The position numbers and the translations under genes are program-made. Below, in pieces: positions 27,474-40,970 of a stretch of 64,000 bases of DNA. The notes under the pieces were generated by a model that had not been told where the DNA came from, made no database searches, and saw only the letters and a program-made list of their open reading frames with translations. Numbering within the stretch: the stretch's first letter is position 1; each line of letters opens with the position of its first letter. Source of the DNA: Blasia pusilla (Eukaryota); contig CM114271.1 in the NCBI GenBank assembly GCA_050084515.1, positions 38,192,001 through 38,256,000 of the forward strand, written 5' to 3'.

Positions 27474-28495
27474 ACGTTTCCTGCCGAATCAGCATTTGTG
27501 AATCTCTGTAATTGAAAACTCGGAGAAGGTTCAAATTGAAGCCTGAATTGAATAGAGAATTTCACATATCGCATAATCCTCCTCACAACATCAAGGTGAG
27601 GTTTTCGAGGTGCTTGCATAAACTGGCTCACTAGGCCAACAACATAGCTCAAATCTGGTCTTATTATAGTTAGATAAATTAAACTTCCAACCATGCGCCT
27701 GTACATATTAGAATCTGCAAGCAACTCTCCTTCATCCACTCTTAGCTTCATGCTCTGGTCCAACGGTGTAGAGATTGGCTTACAAGCCGTCATACCATAT
27801 TTTGAAAGCATATGAAGAGCATATTGTCATTATAGTAACCATATGCTTTTTCCAACCTTGATAAACTTAATACCAAGGAAGTACTTGAGTTCTCCCAAGT
27901 CCTTCATATCAAATTCTGCTTGTAACTTAAGCTTGACTTGTTGTACCATTTCTTCAATACTCCCAGTAATCAGGAGGTCGTCAACATACAACACAATGAG
28001 AACCGTAAGATCTTGTCCTCTCAAGACATATAATGAGGAGTCAGAATCACATACCCTAAAATACAAATCTTGTAGGACGTATGTAATCTTGCCATACCAA
28101 GCTCTTGGAGCTTGTTTGAGCCCGTATAGAGCTTTCTTCAACCTGCATACGCGAAATGGAAACTTGGGATGCTCGTATCCAGGTGGTTGAGTCATACATG
28201 CCTCCTCCTGTAGATCTCCATTCAAGAAGCCATTCATGACGTCCATGTGATGTAATCTCCACTTCTTACTTATTGCAATTACAACCATTGTTCTCGTAGT
28301 CGCCATCTTTGCCACAAGGCTAAATATTTCCTCATAATTGATACCATATTGTTGTGCATAGCCCTTACCCACCAATCTCGCTTTGTATCTGTTTATTGTA
28401 CCATCTTGATTGCACTTGATTTTGTAAATCCATTTGCAACTAATAGCTTCCTTATCGGAAGGTATATCAACCACCTCCCATGTCTGTTGTGTTGA
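27474..28495 (-). mobile_element. Ty1/Copia RT to RNase H fragment
   Basis: WEVVDIPSDKEAISCKWIYKIK, RYKARLVGKGYAQ, LKKALYGLKQAPRAW, LYVDDLLITG, YRRMVGSLIYLT, FTNADSAG. Truncated on both sides by other elements. Confidence 0.95.
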
Positions 28496-28499
28496 ACAA

Positions 28500-31400
28500 T
28501 TGCGCAGAGGTTGAGATATGGGCCAAAACCGAATGTAAGAGGAGTCGGGTTGAGGGCCAAAAAGAGGGGCCCGGATGGTCTTTCCCAAAGGTGGGGGGAC
28601 CCCGGAGTTTCCCAGAAGTACTAGTAAGGGGGAAGGTCTCCAAGAGTGTTTGGGACTCGAACCCCACTTTGGGCACCGCGGGGCGACCCAAGGGCACGGA
28701 ACGGATCGTGAGTTTGGTGTTGGGCTTCAAAACCCAAACCAAGTTCAATAGAGGGATTTCAGAGATCCCTATTGGATTCCAACTTGCGACTCATATTTTT
28801 GAGTCTCGGTTAGGGGCTCATGCGAGGTTCGTTGGACAGTTGGGACCGCTAGGCGCTCAAACGCCGTTTCAAGTGCCTGGACTAACCAGAAAGTCTATCC
28901 CAAGTCTTGGAAGGCTTGCTCGTATAGGGAACCTAGGAATAAGGGAAGGTTTAGCTTCATGAGATACCCATTTGAGAACTCGGTGGGTTGGAAGGCCGCT
29001 TGACCCAAAGCCAGACTAACGTGAGTGCGTTTAGGTGCAAGTTGGCAATGAGAGCGTGTCTTACTGAACGTATGCTTCCGCAACACTAAGATTGACATTT
29101 AAGGAGAGTAGGCGCACGACATGTGGTATCAGAGCTAATCCTTGGTGAGTGAGAACTTGGGGTTGTGGGAGTAACTGGATGCTTGGGGAACACTTGAGGT
29201 AGCGGCGAGGCCCAGACTCTTGAGGAGGGACGCAAGAAACGAGGAGGAGATCTAAGTGTGGCGGCTTGAAGATGGCAACTGAGGGAGATGTACCACGGAA
29301 ACGTCGAGCCAAGCAACGCGAACCATGGGACGAACCGATGCCAGATCGGGAGCCAGTGGAGGAAATGCTGACTCCCAAGATGCCGAATATTAGACATGAG
29401 GGTGTCCCAAACGTAGACCCTCATGCAGAGCCAATGGCCCCAAACTCAAGTGAATCGGCCTTCTACGCCCGGATGTTGGATTATATGAAGATGATGATGG
29501 AACAAGTCCTCATGCAAAACAAGCAGATTGCATAGCTTGAGTCGGATAGAGCTTCGAGTTCTGGCAAAAAGCTCTGTAAGACAAACCTGCCCACGCCATT
29601 CACCAAAGTGGGGCGAGCTCGCAAGGTGAAAGATTTCCTTACGGAGATGGAATATTACTTCGAGGCGTAGAGGGCAGCAGAACAAGATAAGGTGGCAGTG
29701 GCGCTCACCTCTCTAAAGGATCATGCGCTATAGTGGTGGACAGCGCAACGGGAAGAATATCTGGCCGGCGGTTCACCTCTGAGTTGGGAGGAGTTCAAGA
29801 AGTTGATTGGTGACGGATTCACCCTAAAGTACCAAGAGATTCCCGATAGAGTAGAGCTCGTGCGACTACGGCAGACATGGCCCTTAAGCGCTTATGTGAG
29901 GGAGTTCATCACAAAGTTGAACTCCATTCCTAAGATGGATGAGGCATCGCAGATAGCGATCTTCATCGGTGGACTCAAACCAAGTGCATAGAAGGCCCTA
30001 TACAGAATGCCGGAGTTGCCGAACACCTGCGTGGAGCTTTTGAGGCTGGCAGAGCGGATTGGGGACGATGAGGTCCAAACACTGAAGCCCTTGGAGACAA
30101 AAACTTTTTCCAAAAGTTTGAAAAACAAAGGGGCACTCAAGAGGGGCTAGAGTGGGGTTGAGCGGGACCAAAGAGAGTCTCTCAACCGAGTAGCAAAGCA
30201 ACAGGAACGCCTTGCTAAGCCGAAGGGAGCACAACATCTGAAGGAAACGGCAAGGTGGTATGCTACAACTGTGGCGAACCTGAGCACATGGCAAAAGGAT
30301 GCTCCAAATCAAAGGTTAGAAATGGGAGTATGATTGCGTTAGCTGCTAAGCACTTGTCGGCAGGAGGTTTGGAGACCTCCCTTCAAGAGGACGCCCAACT
30401 TGATGTACCTAAGATCCAAAATTGCTGATCGCGATGTGATGATGCTCGTGGATACAGGTGCTTCGCACTCCTTCCTAAGCTCGAGAATCATGAAGGATTT
30501 GAGTGTGTCAACCTCTAAGGCAGACGAGCCCATTCGAGTAGGCTTTGCTGGAGGCAAGTCTCAACGAACTTCCAAGTTGGTACTCGGTTTGACGATAGGA
30601 TGCAGAGTATTCGAGTTGAAGGAGAATTTCACGGTGTGCCAGATGGATGGCATCGACGGAGTCTTGGGGAACACATTCTTGGATGCGTATGAGGTGGAGC
30701 TAAGGCGAAGGCCATTGAGGTTGAGCGTCTTAGTGAAAGGCAAACGGTTGCAAGTGAGGTTGGTTCGCGAGATGCCCGTGAGGAAAGAGTTGGTGAACGC
30801 CATTACAAGGAGGAGTTTGACCGAGTTGGAGGATGGATTCCTTTGCTTAATGAGACAAGTGGAGGACACCCCTAGCGAGAAACGCACGGATCAGGCCGCG
30901 GCTTCAAGGGGAATCCTAGGACTGCTACAAAGAGTTGTCAAGGAGTTTGGTGATGTCTTGACGAATGAGCTTCCGAACGAGTTGCCAGCGCATAGGGCAG
31001 TCGATCACAAGATAGAGGTCAATTCCCAGATCTCAACCACCTTCTAAGGCCCCATATAGATTGAATCAGGAAGAGTTGGTTGAGCTGAAAAAGCAGTTAA
31101 GTGAGCTTTTAGAGAAAGGCTACATTAGAACCAGCAAGTCATAGTATGGAGGGTCTTCTTTGTGAAGAAGAAGGATGGGAAGATGAGACTCTGTGTGGAA
31201 TACCGTGCGCTGAATAAAGTGACGATGAGAAACAATTACCCTCTTCCGAGGATCAATGACTTCTTTGATAGACTGTCAGGGGAAAAGTACTTTAGTAGGA
31301 TTGACTTGAAATCAGGATATTACCAGATTCGGATTGCTGAAGCAGATGTGGAAAAGACTTCATGTAGAACGAGATATGGCTCGTTTGAGTTTGTGGTGAT

Positions 31401-34400
31401 GCCCTTTGGTCTGTGTAAGGGAGTTTATCAATGTGGTGAACGTTCACCACATTGATAAACTCCATTTTTCATGAGGAGATGGATGAGTACGCGATCATCT
31501 ATATTGATGATATACTCATCTATTTGAAGTCACAAGGAGAGCACGCTCGACATTTGAGGGCGGTGTTGTCAAAACTAAGGGCGAACAAGCTGTATGCTAA
31601 TATTGACAAGAGTGAGTTCGGGTTGCGCAAGATCAAGTTCTTGGGTCAGGTGGTTAGCGAAGATGGAGTTAGTCCGGATATGGACAAAGTGAAAGCCATC
31701 GCTGAGTGGAAACCGCCTTCCACGGTGAAGGGAATGAGGAGGTTTATCAGCGCGGTGCAGTTCTACCAAACCTATATGAGGAACTTTTTGGGTATTGTAA
31801 GACCTCTCAAGGATTGGACCGCAAAGTATGCTAACACGACTTGGACCCAAGAAGTGAATGACGCGTTCAACCGAGTCAAAGAGATCCTATCGCTGGAGCC
31901 GGTGCTAAAGCTGCCAGAGTTCGACAAGCCGTTCGAGGTGAATACGGATGCTAGTGACTTTGCGATTGCAGGAATGTTGGTAGAGGAAGGAAGACCTATA
32001 GCCTATGAGAGTAAGAAGCTCAGCGACACCGAGAGAAGGTGGTCCACTCATGAGAAAGAGTTGTTTGCGGTGGTCCATTGCTTGAGGAAGTGACATCACT
32101 ATTTGGGACTTCACATGACTGGAGTGTTCACTGATAACGTATCGCTCAAGTATTTTGAGACCCAGGATTGAGTAACACCAAAAAAACTAAGATGGCATGA
32201 TACCTTGGCGTTGATGAAAGTGGAACTAATCCACAAGCCAGGGAAGGATAATGTCATTCCAGAGGCATTGAGTCACAAGGATGAGGATATGCCATCAACA
32301 ACACAGGTCTTGAGAGCAATGTTCCCTAAGTAAACAGATCTGGAAAGAAGGATTTGTGAGGGATACATAAAAGACACCCAGGCAAGCAAGTACCTAAGGA
32401 AGTTGAAGCAGGGCGAGAAGGTGGCCAACATAAGTTTGAGACATGGTTTACTAAGGTTCAAGCAGAGCAGGATCTATGTGGGCGAAGGCAAACTACGAAC
32501 CAAGGTGTTAGTGGAATGTCATGATGGACCCTTGGCAGGACATAAAGGGGAGAAATCCACGCTGGCTGTTCTGGATAAAAGGTTCTTTTGGCCCAACATG
32601 AAAGAAGATGTTGCTTAGTATGTGAAGACTTGCGTGACCTGTCAGGCGAGCAGGGTTTCTTATGCAAAGAAACAAGGCTTGTTGCATCCCTTGCCGATTC
32701 CGGACGGGCCCTTGCATAGTGTGAGTATAGACTTCATAACGAGTCTTTCAGAGTTAAGGGATACAACGTTATACTTGTGATAGTTGATAGGTTCAGTAAG
32801 TTGGGGAGACTGGTGCCGACGGTGGATTCAGCGACGGCCTATACGACTTCCCAACTCTTCCTAGATAGTTGATGGTGCACGCACGAATTGCCAAGGAGTA
32901 TTATTTCAGATCGGGATCCAAAGTTTACCAGTGCCTTTTGGAAACACTTGTTCAAGAGGTTCAAGACCAAGCTGAGTTTCAGCAGGGCCTTCCATCTGCA
33001 GACGGATGGGCAAAAAATAAAGGTAAACTCCCTCGTGAACCAATATTTAAGGAATTACGTGAGCGCGGACCAGCGAGATTGGGTGAAGTGGTTGAGTATG
33101 GCGGAGTTCTGCAACAACTCCACCAAACATTCTGCAATTGGAGAATCTCCGTTCCTCTTGGCTTATGGACGTGAGCCAGAAGGGCCTCTTGACCTAGCCC
33201 TTTCGAAGGGTACTACATCAGCACCGACTCGACAAGCGACGGTAGAAGGTTTGTTAGCGGAAATGCGAGGTCGAGAGGAGCAAGCAAGGAGAAACCTTGA
33301 AAAGGCTCAACTGAGGTACATGAAGCATGCTAACAAAAGTAGGTGCCAAGTGAGATTCCAAGTTGGAGAACAAGTGTGGTTGAATGTGAAGAATCTCACT
33401 CTTCCGAAGGAGTTTTCCTCGAAGCTATCGGCCAAGTATGCTGGATCGTATGTGATTAAAGCAAACCCGTTTGAGGATGTGTATACATTGGAGCTACCAC
33501 AAGAGTTCAAGATACATCCCACTTTCCATGTGTCATTTTTGAAGAAGTATCTTCAGGATAATGAGTGTCCCGAGCAAAGACAGGCGTTGAAACCACAACC
33601 GGTAATCGTAAGCGAAGAACCAGAGTTTGAGGTGGAAACCATCTTGCGTGCAAGGCGTAGGGCCAACAAGTACAAGTACTTGGTCAAGTGGAAAGGCTAC
33701 CATATGAAAGAGGCAACTTGGATTACGGAGGCAGATCTCGAACACACGCAAGAGGTGTTGCAAGACTTCAAACGGTTGCAAGGGAAGCACATGGAGAAGC
33801 AAGAGACATGACTTGTGCCATAGGAAGCTTGGGCCAAAAGCCGTTGTAACTAGAGCAGGCTAGTGTTGCAACAAAGGAATGCATGAATTTGGAGATTCGA
33901 TGCGTGTGTTATTTGCAATTTGTCTTTGGTAGGGCATGGCAATGAATAGTTCTTCATACGCTTAGGATGTAAGTCAAGAGGATAAACAAGGAGTATTTGA
34001 GGCAAGAGCTGGTATTCGGATAAGTACCTAGAACATGACTAAATGCCGGGCAACTAGCACTTGGGCTTGCCCTAGCATCGGCGGGGCATATCACTTTGTC
34101 TTGGGGCTTGGTATGATCTCAGTCGTGAGTGTATGAGTGAACTTAGTAACGCGCCTAAGTTGAATACGAGAACGACCCAAGAGTAGTACGAATTGTGGAC
34201 CGTCTAAACATGTAAGGTGTTTACAAGTTGTGAGCATAAGAAGTTTTAGTTAGCAACCTTAGTTAGCTTATTTTATAGGTTAGATCGGTTGAGAATTGGT
34301 CCACGCTCATCGAAGAGGGGATGCTAAATGATGTTAAAAGTTGCAAGCGACAACCTAAAACTTAAGCCAAAAGAGGGATTGCGGGTTAGCTATCATAAGG

Positions 34401-35493
34401 CGATTCGATGTCAAGGGGTTGGCTTTCCACGATGACTTGACATTAAAAAGTTTGCATTGATGAGGGCATCAACCTCTAAAGAGGGGTGAGTGTCACGACC
34501 CTCATAACCAAACAAAAGCTAAGGGAAACATCCGAACTCTAGCGAGCTCACGCTAGGATGGTTTGCGTTTTGGGAGTTAAGGAAACACAAGGGCAAGACG
34601 TGAGCAAGGCGAGCATTTCAAGTGTTTCGTGTGTTGTGGTCGTGACCAAGAAACCGGAACCAAATGCGGTACTCAGACTTGAGAGAAGTCAAGTCTTGGA
34701 CGAGACGTGACCAAGGGGTGAAAACCGGACTTGAGATGTGGGCAGCGTTTGGGAGTTTCCGACTATACTTTTGACCATAAATTTGAGTCCCGAGAAGAGT
34801 TTGGGACAAATAAGCTAGTGTTGGAAAGCTTATGTCAAGCCAATTCCAACGCACCAAAGGCCTTTGCAAAGGCTTGCGTAGAGGTTGATATGGGCCAAAA
34901 CCAACTGTAAGAGGAGTCGGGTTGAGGGCCAAAAAGAGGGGCCCGGGTGGTCTTTCCAAAAGGTGGGGGGACCCCGGAGTTTCCCAGAAGTACTAGTAAG
35001 GGGGAAGGTCTCCAAGAGTGCTTGGGACTCTAACTCCACTTTGGGCACCGCAGGGCGACCCAAGGGCACAGAACGGATCGTGAGTTTGGTGTTGGGCTTC
35101 AAAACCCAAACCAAGTTCAATAGAGGGATTTCGGAGATCCCTACTGGATTCCAACTTGCGACTCATGTTTTTGAGTCTCAGTTAGGGGCTCATGTGAGGT
35201 TCGTTAGACAGTTGGGACCGCTAGGTGCTCAAACGCCGTTTCAAGTGCCTGGACTAACCAGAAAGTCTGTCCCAAGTCTTGGAAGGCTTGCGCGTATAGG
35301 GAACCTAGGAATGAGGGAAGGTTGAGCTTGATGAGATGCTGAGTTGAGGACTCGGTGGGTTGGAAGGCCGCTTGACCCAAAGCCAGACTAACATGAGTGC
35401 GTTTGGGTGCAGGTTGGTGATGAGAGCATGTTCTACTGAACGTACGCTTCCGCAACACTAAGATTGACGTTCAAGGAGAGTAGGTGGATGACA
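28500..35493 (+). mobile_element. Ty3/Gypsy chromovirus LTR retrotransposon, degenerate, 5' LTR truncated
   Basis: The 5' LTR remnant 28500-29121 matches the right part of the 3' LTR 34491-35493 (TGTCAC...GACA). PBS TGGTATCAGAGC (initiator tRNA-Met) at 29124 and PPT AAAGAGGGGTGAG at 34478-34490. Gag, PR (LVDTGASHSF), RT (YIDDILI), RH, IN and chromodomain (FEVETIL...YLVKWKGY...TW). Confidence 0.95.
29272..33811 (+). pseudogene. gag-pol of the chromovirus with in-frame stops and frameshifts
   Basis: ORF pieces at 29266, 29803, 30400, 31162, 31452, 32403 and 32888 in canonical Ty3 order. Confidence 0.92.
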
Positions 35494-38400
35494 CCTACTC
35501 TCTCAGATTACCCGTGGCCTCAGCATGTCATCCTCGACCTCTTGAGGTTGTCCTCCAGTAACTTCTAGATCTGGCCAATCTATCCTAAAAGTCATGACGG
35601 TTGTCGTGCGCATACACATCGCTACACAACATACATCGGTGTCACCGAACATATACACAAACACGCACGATCCAATGCTAAATCATGGAATATACACAAC
35701 AAGACGAGAGGTACCAAAATATCTCCAATCGCCCCCCTAGATGGTGGTTAGGTCCCTCTAACTCTAGATAGTCATCTATCCCTACCTACCATGACATACA
35801 TCTCTTGGACGCTTAGAGCAAAAAGATCAGGCGCTCATGTGGCCCCATCCTTAGTCGCCTTCTTATCATCCATATCAGAGACACAAATCGGAATGTACAA
35901 CTACCTACTCTATGTACATGTGGGATATATCCATCATCCCTGAAGAACCCTAGTGAGAGGTGGCGTCAGACATGGCATATGCCACCCTCTCGAACACCCA
36001 TCATAAACTAGCATGATGGATGCACCATGGGCGGAACCACACCATATACATCATAAGCATGCAAAAACTACTACTAAGCTCGAATAAACTATACCGTCAA
36101 TGTTAGGAAGATGACATGGTGCACAATTACGCACATGGTCCTTCCAAACCATACCATCGTGTCCCTCTAGTAAGAGAACACCAGATGGCAAAATCTCACG
36201 GACTCTCAAGATGGTGCGCCTTGCAGTCACAGTCAAGATCGTGCCGTCTATTGCAAGTAGACATAGTCTCTTTGATGAAACCTCCAGATATTAGGTCGAT
36301 ATCCACCTCCTCCAATAGTCGCATACCTCAACGTATCCCAATGCTGCACAATCACCAAGTTCTCAAGCGCCATGGGCATCACTCTCCGAAACAACTCAAC
36401 ACTCTAAGAACATACTCGCATCCATACATCAGGGTAATCAAAGTTCAACACCTCACCAACATCTTGATGAATGGCCGTAGGTAAATCCGGCTCTCGGCCA
36501 GAAAATAGCAAGTACGGTGAGAAAGCCGCTAAGGATGCCTGCCTGCTGAATCTGTATCCCATTGCCAACCACGGCAACTGAGGTCCCAATCTTCTAGGTG
36601 ACCTTTCTGCAAGCCATACTTGCGCAATCCTCTCTTCACCGTCTACACAAACCTCTTCTCTAGTCCATCCGCCTCAAGATGATCACGTGAAGTGGTGCGG
36701 TGGTCGATCAGCGTCTGATCACACAAGGCTTGAAACTCCCCGGGAAACTCCGTACCTTCGTCTATCAACACCTCAACTGGTGCACCATAATGACTCAACA
36801 CTCAATCTAGGAAGGCATATGCTACTCCCTCACTCGATTTTTCATTCAATGCAACCAACTCTATCCACTTCGAGAAGTGCTCGACCATCACCAACACATA
36901 ACGACTATGGCGCTCCGTCAAAGGTAAAGGTCTTGCAAAATCTAATTTCCATCTCTAACCTAAACCCATGATCAAAAGTGGATGCAAGTGTGGAGTTGGA
37001 GCATTGAACGATGCCCAGACCTGATCACAAACCATGCACCTGGCAACAAACTATTGAACGTCAGTCTCCATGCCTTGCCACCAATATTGTATTTAGAGCA
37101 AGCTATACGTCTGCTTCACTCCAAAATGATCCAACTCCTCGTGGGCATGATACACCAAACGTGCTCTTTGTGAAGGATGAGGCACTACACGCACTCTACC
37201 ATCCTCCCAAACTCGTAACACATATATGCCCTCCCACCGGAACCATCTAGCTCGTTGTAGGATCCGATCCTGCTCTATAGCACCCACTATGCTCGTGACG
37301 CTGCCAGTACGTAGGTACTCCAAGACTACTCCATCGTCATGAATATCTCGGCCACCTATCGCCTCCACACGACCTCTAGATCTAAGGACTCTCCATCAAA
37401 CCTCGCCATCGAAGCCTTAGCAATCTGGCTCTCCATAGCCAACAAGCCCAAATAGGCTGATGGGTGCTATCCTGGTACCAACTCCTCATCACTCTCTCCA
37501 TGCCATCGAGCTCCAGTCGCATCTCGTTGACTCGAGCATGGGTTACGGCTCAAACCATCTGCATCCTGGTGGAGTGTCCTAGGTCCATGCACCACCTGAA
37601 AATCAAACTCTTGCGATAACAAAGCCCACCCTATAAGCTTTCATGTAAGCTTGTCGGACTCTGTCAACCGCTTAAGTGGCTGATGATTAGTAATAATGGT
37701 AAAGGGATTGCCGAATAAATAACACCTGAAATGTGCGACAGCCCACACTACAACCAAGCACTCACCCTCATACGAGCTATACTTTGCCTCTACAGCATTG
37801 TTCGAGCACTAGCATAAGTCACCACGAACTCTCTACCCTCATCATCATGCTGGGTGAGCATGGCTCCAAGCCCCAACATGCTCCAATTAGTATGCAATTG
37901 GAAAGGATGCCGCCTGATTGATCTCCTCAATATAGGCGCGGATGTCAATCTATCCTTGAGCAGCTGAAATGCTCTCCCCTGCTCATTCCCCCAATGACAC
38001 TTACTTCGCTTTCTCTGATTCGGCTGTGCTTTCCAGGCGCGGCGAGCGCTCACCCCCCTAATCCCCCTTGGTCAACAAGGTCAGCGGCTTCGCAATCAAA
38101 CTGAAACCCTTGACGTACCATCGATAGAAGTTCGCCAATCCTATGAATGCATAAACTAGATTCACATCTATAGGGTGTGGAATGCATGAAATAGCCTCTA
38201 CCTTCATCTGCTGCACACTAAGGCCCCCTGGGTATATCGTATGATCCAAGTATTCAATCTATTCGTAGAAGAACTTGCACTTGCTTGGATGTAGCTTCAA
38301 CCCATGTAACTGCAATCGTCGAAACACCTCCTCCAAATGTCGCTCATGCTCCTCAACCGTGGCGCTAAATACTATGATATCATCAATATAACACATAGCA

Positions 38401-39150
38401 AAATCCAGACCTGCCAAGATCCCATCCACGATCCTCTGAAACTCAGCCGAGGCATTCTTTAACCCAAATGGTAAAAATCGTCATTGATACAAGCAATCCT
38501 TCCCGTGAGGATCGACGCCCCAAAATATCGTCTTCTACTTCTCCTCCAATCTGATAGGCAGCTGATGGTATGCTGCTAAAAAATCTAAAGAACTAAATAT
38601 CTTTGCATGCCCAATAGTATCAAAGATCTCCTCAAGGATGGGCATGGCATACCTATCGGTCTTCATCTTTCGATTGATAGGTTAGTAATTTCCACACATC
38701 CGCCTATCCGTCCAATTGCCATTCACATTATTCTTGGCTCCAACCAAGTCTTGGCTCCTACTCTGAATCAGATCCCTCTCCATATCATTGTACATGTAGG
38801 ATCTTTGGAAGATCGGCGTGTCACTTGACAACTCAATGCGGATCCTTGGACCCTTCAATATACCCAAATCATGCATGCTAAATGCGAAACACCTCCTATA
38901 ACTCCTAAGAAATTGACGTATCCTGCGCCGCTCTCCTGTTATCAACTTAGGGCCCATATCTCACTCCCAAGTCTCCATCGTGACTACGGTAGGACTCTCC
39001 GGTGCGGGTGTCGGTGGTTGCTATTGTGCAACCCTGTCTGGGACAATAGAACTCGGCTACTCCCCTGCAACCAATTGCAAACTCTGATCTCCATGTGCAA
39101 TGCCCGAAACCACGCTCGATGTTGTGGCTCCCTGATGTGCTAAGGTTCTC
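35494..39150 (-). mobile_element. Truncated sister element of the split-repeat Ty3 family: RT-RH-IN-PHD, PPT, B', junction, partial A'
   Basis: Translations match 49391-52500 (GPKLITGERRRIRQFLRSY, HPFQLHTNWS, QLPWLAMGYRFSRQASL, WKDHVRNCAPCHLP). PHD remnant ~35890-36050, PPT 35729-35738, B' 35602-35728, A' 35494-35599. Confidence 0.9.
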
Positions 39151-39383
39151 CTTAGCACATTGGGGATATGGAGGTGATCAAGGAACTTTATCTAAACATG
39201 CCCATATCTACCTATTCCCTTTGAGGGCCCAACCCTAAACTTCCATCATTCACGCGCCGGTACATTCTGAGCCATTATTTTAGCATCTCACGTCATTCTC
39301 TTTTTGGTTTTTTCTTATCTCAACCCGTACATTTCTTTCCCTTGTATTTTTTAAGATATTATTATCTTCTTCATCCGAGAGAA

Positions 39384-40769
39384 ATGTCTAGTGGGGCTGG
39401 GTCATCGAGAGCGGAAGAGAACCGAAATAAGTCCAATTTCGGTGCCAAGAAGCAAAGAGCAAATTCGAGGAATGATTTCAACATTGCCGTAAGGGAGGGA
39501 TGGTTAGACTAGTTTTTCCAGCTTTCTTTAGATAAGAGACGATCCTATATTTTTCGAGGAGTATGGATGGTTTACGTGACTACACCTTGGAATTGCAGAG
39601 ATTGTCCAATAGAGTGGCAAAGGCATTTGATTGGGAAGTGGATGTCGCGGAGGCTGATAGGTTGACTAAATTTTGTGCCCAACAAGGTGTTAACCTAGAG
39701 AGAGCTTATGTCGATCTCAAGACGTATAAGGATGAGAAGCAAAATGTTGCAGAGTCGGCTCTCTTAGAAAGATTCTGTATAGAGTTAAGAAGTGCTCAAT
39801 GTCTTTTCAAGGGACGTATTACTTCTCTGGGGTTGACATTCACCATTCCATGTGCACTAACATTGATTTCTTATCACAATGTAGTAATAGGACATGACCC
39901 GAGCGATATCATGGGAACCGGTTTACACAAAATTGTGAACCATTGTAAAATAAACGGAACCCATGGCTTTAGGGAAGAAATGTACTATTGCATGAAGGTG
40001 TATAAGGAATCATCTCTATTAGGATCTAGAAAATCGATGATAGGCAAGGATTTGTTTGCGAGTATTTTGCATCCCATTGTTGTTCGCATGGTGGGAAGGT
40101 TGATCGGGGATCCACCGCGTGCCATTTTTCCATATTGGAATGGTGGATACCTCGAAATTTGGTTGCGAGCATGCCATAACTTGAAGAACGGCGGGGATAA
40201 TCTAGGAGAGTTGGAAAATATGAGATGTCTCGAAATAGCATCAAATATCATCCAGCTTGTGGTTGCCCTTCTTGGTACCATGGAGACTGTCCACAAGAGT
40301 GGGGTTTTTCCTACTGACCTCCATGTTAAGAACATGTTCATCCATTTTGGATCCAACTCTAGCCCATACATCGGCGTTGGAGATTGGGGAAATGCCATAT
40401 GGACTGATGAAGTCTTAGAGTCTCCGCATAGATGGTGGTAGCATGAACAAAAAAATCATGTCGGGCATGTAGTAGCGGAGTTGACAGTCAGGGCCTCAAA
40501 ATCTCCCTTTTATCAAGGCCACTGAAATCTATGCCCAAGGAATGATTGTGAAGAATTTGAACTATGTGACATACAACCTCTATGTCGGGAATGCCCAAGC
40601 GAACGTGAGATTTACTTATTTGGAAAGGATTCAAAAGTGGGCATTAGCTCCAAATCCCTTTGATCGCAAAAGCTTAGAGTTTCTTATTGCATATATCAGA
40701 GCAAAGGCGAAAGTATTAGGTGTAGACGATGTAGATTCGGGATTAAAGCCACTAAGAGTGGTAGTATGA
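39384..40769 (+). pseudogene. Intronless protein kinase-like gene, disrupted
   Basis: Kinase subdomains in order: IMGTGLHKIV, YCMKVY, LHPIVVRM, FPYWNGGYL, HKSGVFPTDLHVKNMFI, GVGDWG, HVVAEL, TEIYAQG, APNPFDR. Frameshift near the 5' end and a stop at 40439-40441. Confidence 0.8.
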
Positions 40770-40970
40770 TTGTAAACCCATTTTAGGATTGGATATTTTT
40801 CATGAGAAACAAAAGACTTGGTTAAAAAAGATGAATGTGTTACTATGAAATTTTGTAAATGATGAATCTTGATTGATGTGCAGATGTATCATGTATCATG
40901 TGTCATCATATCACTATTATTGGAATCATTTCTAAATCACCTTTCTTTTTGTATTTTGGTAAAAGACAAG

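Noticed and set aside
28467-28962. Duplicated ORFs at 28480/34885 and 28467/34830
   Set aside because: They are open frames within the two LTR copies, with no protein signature.
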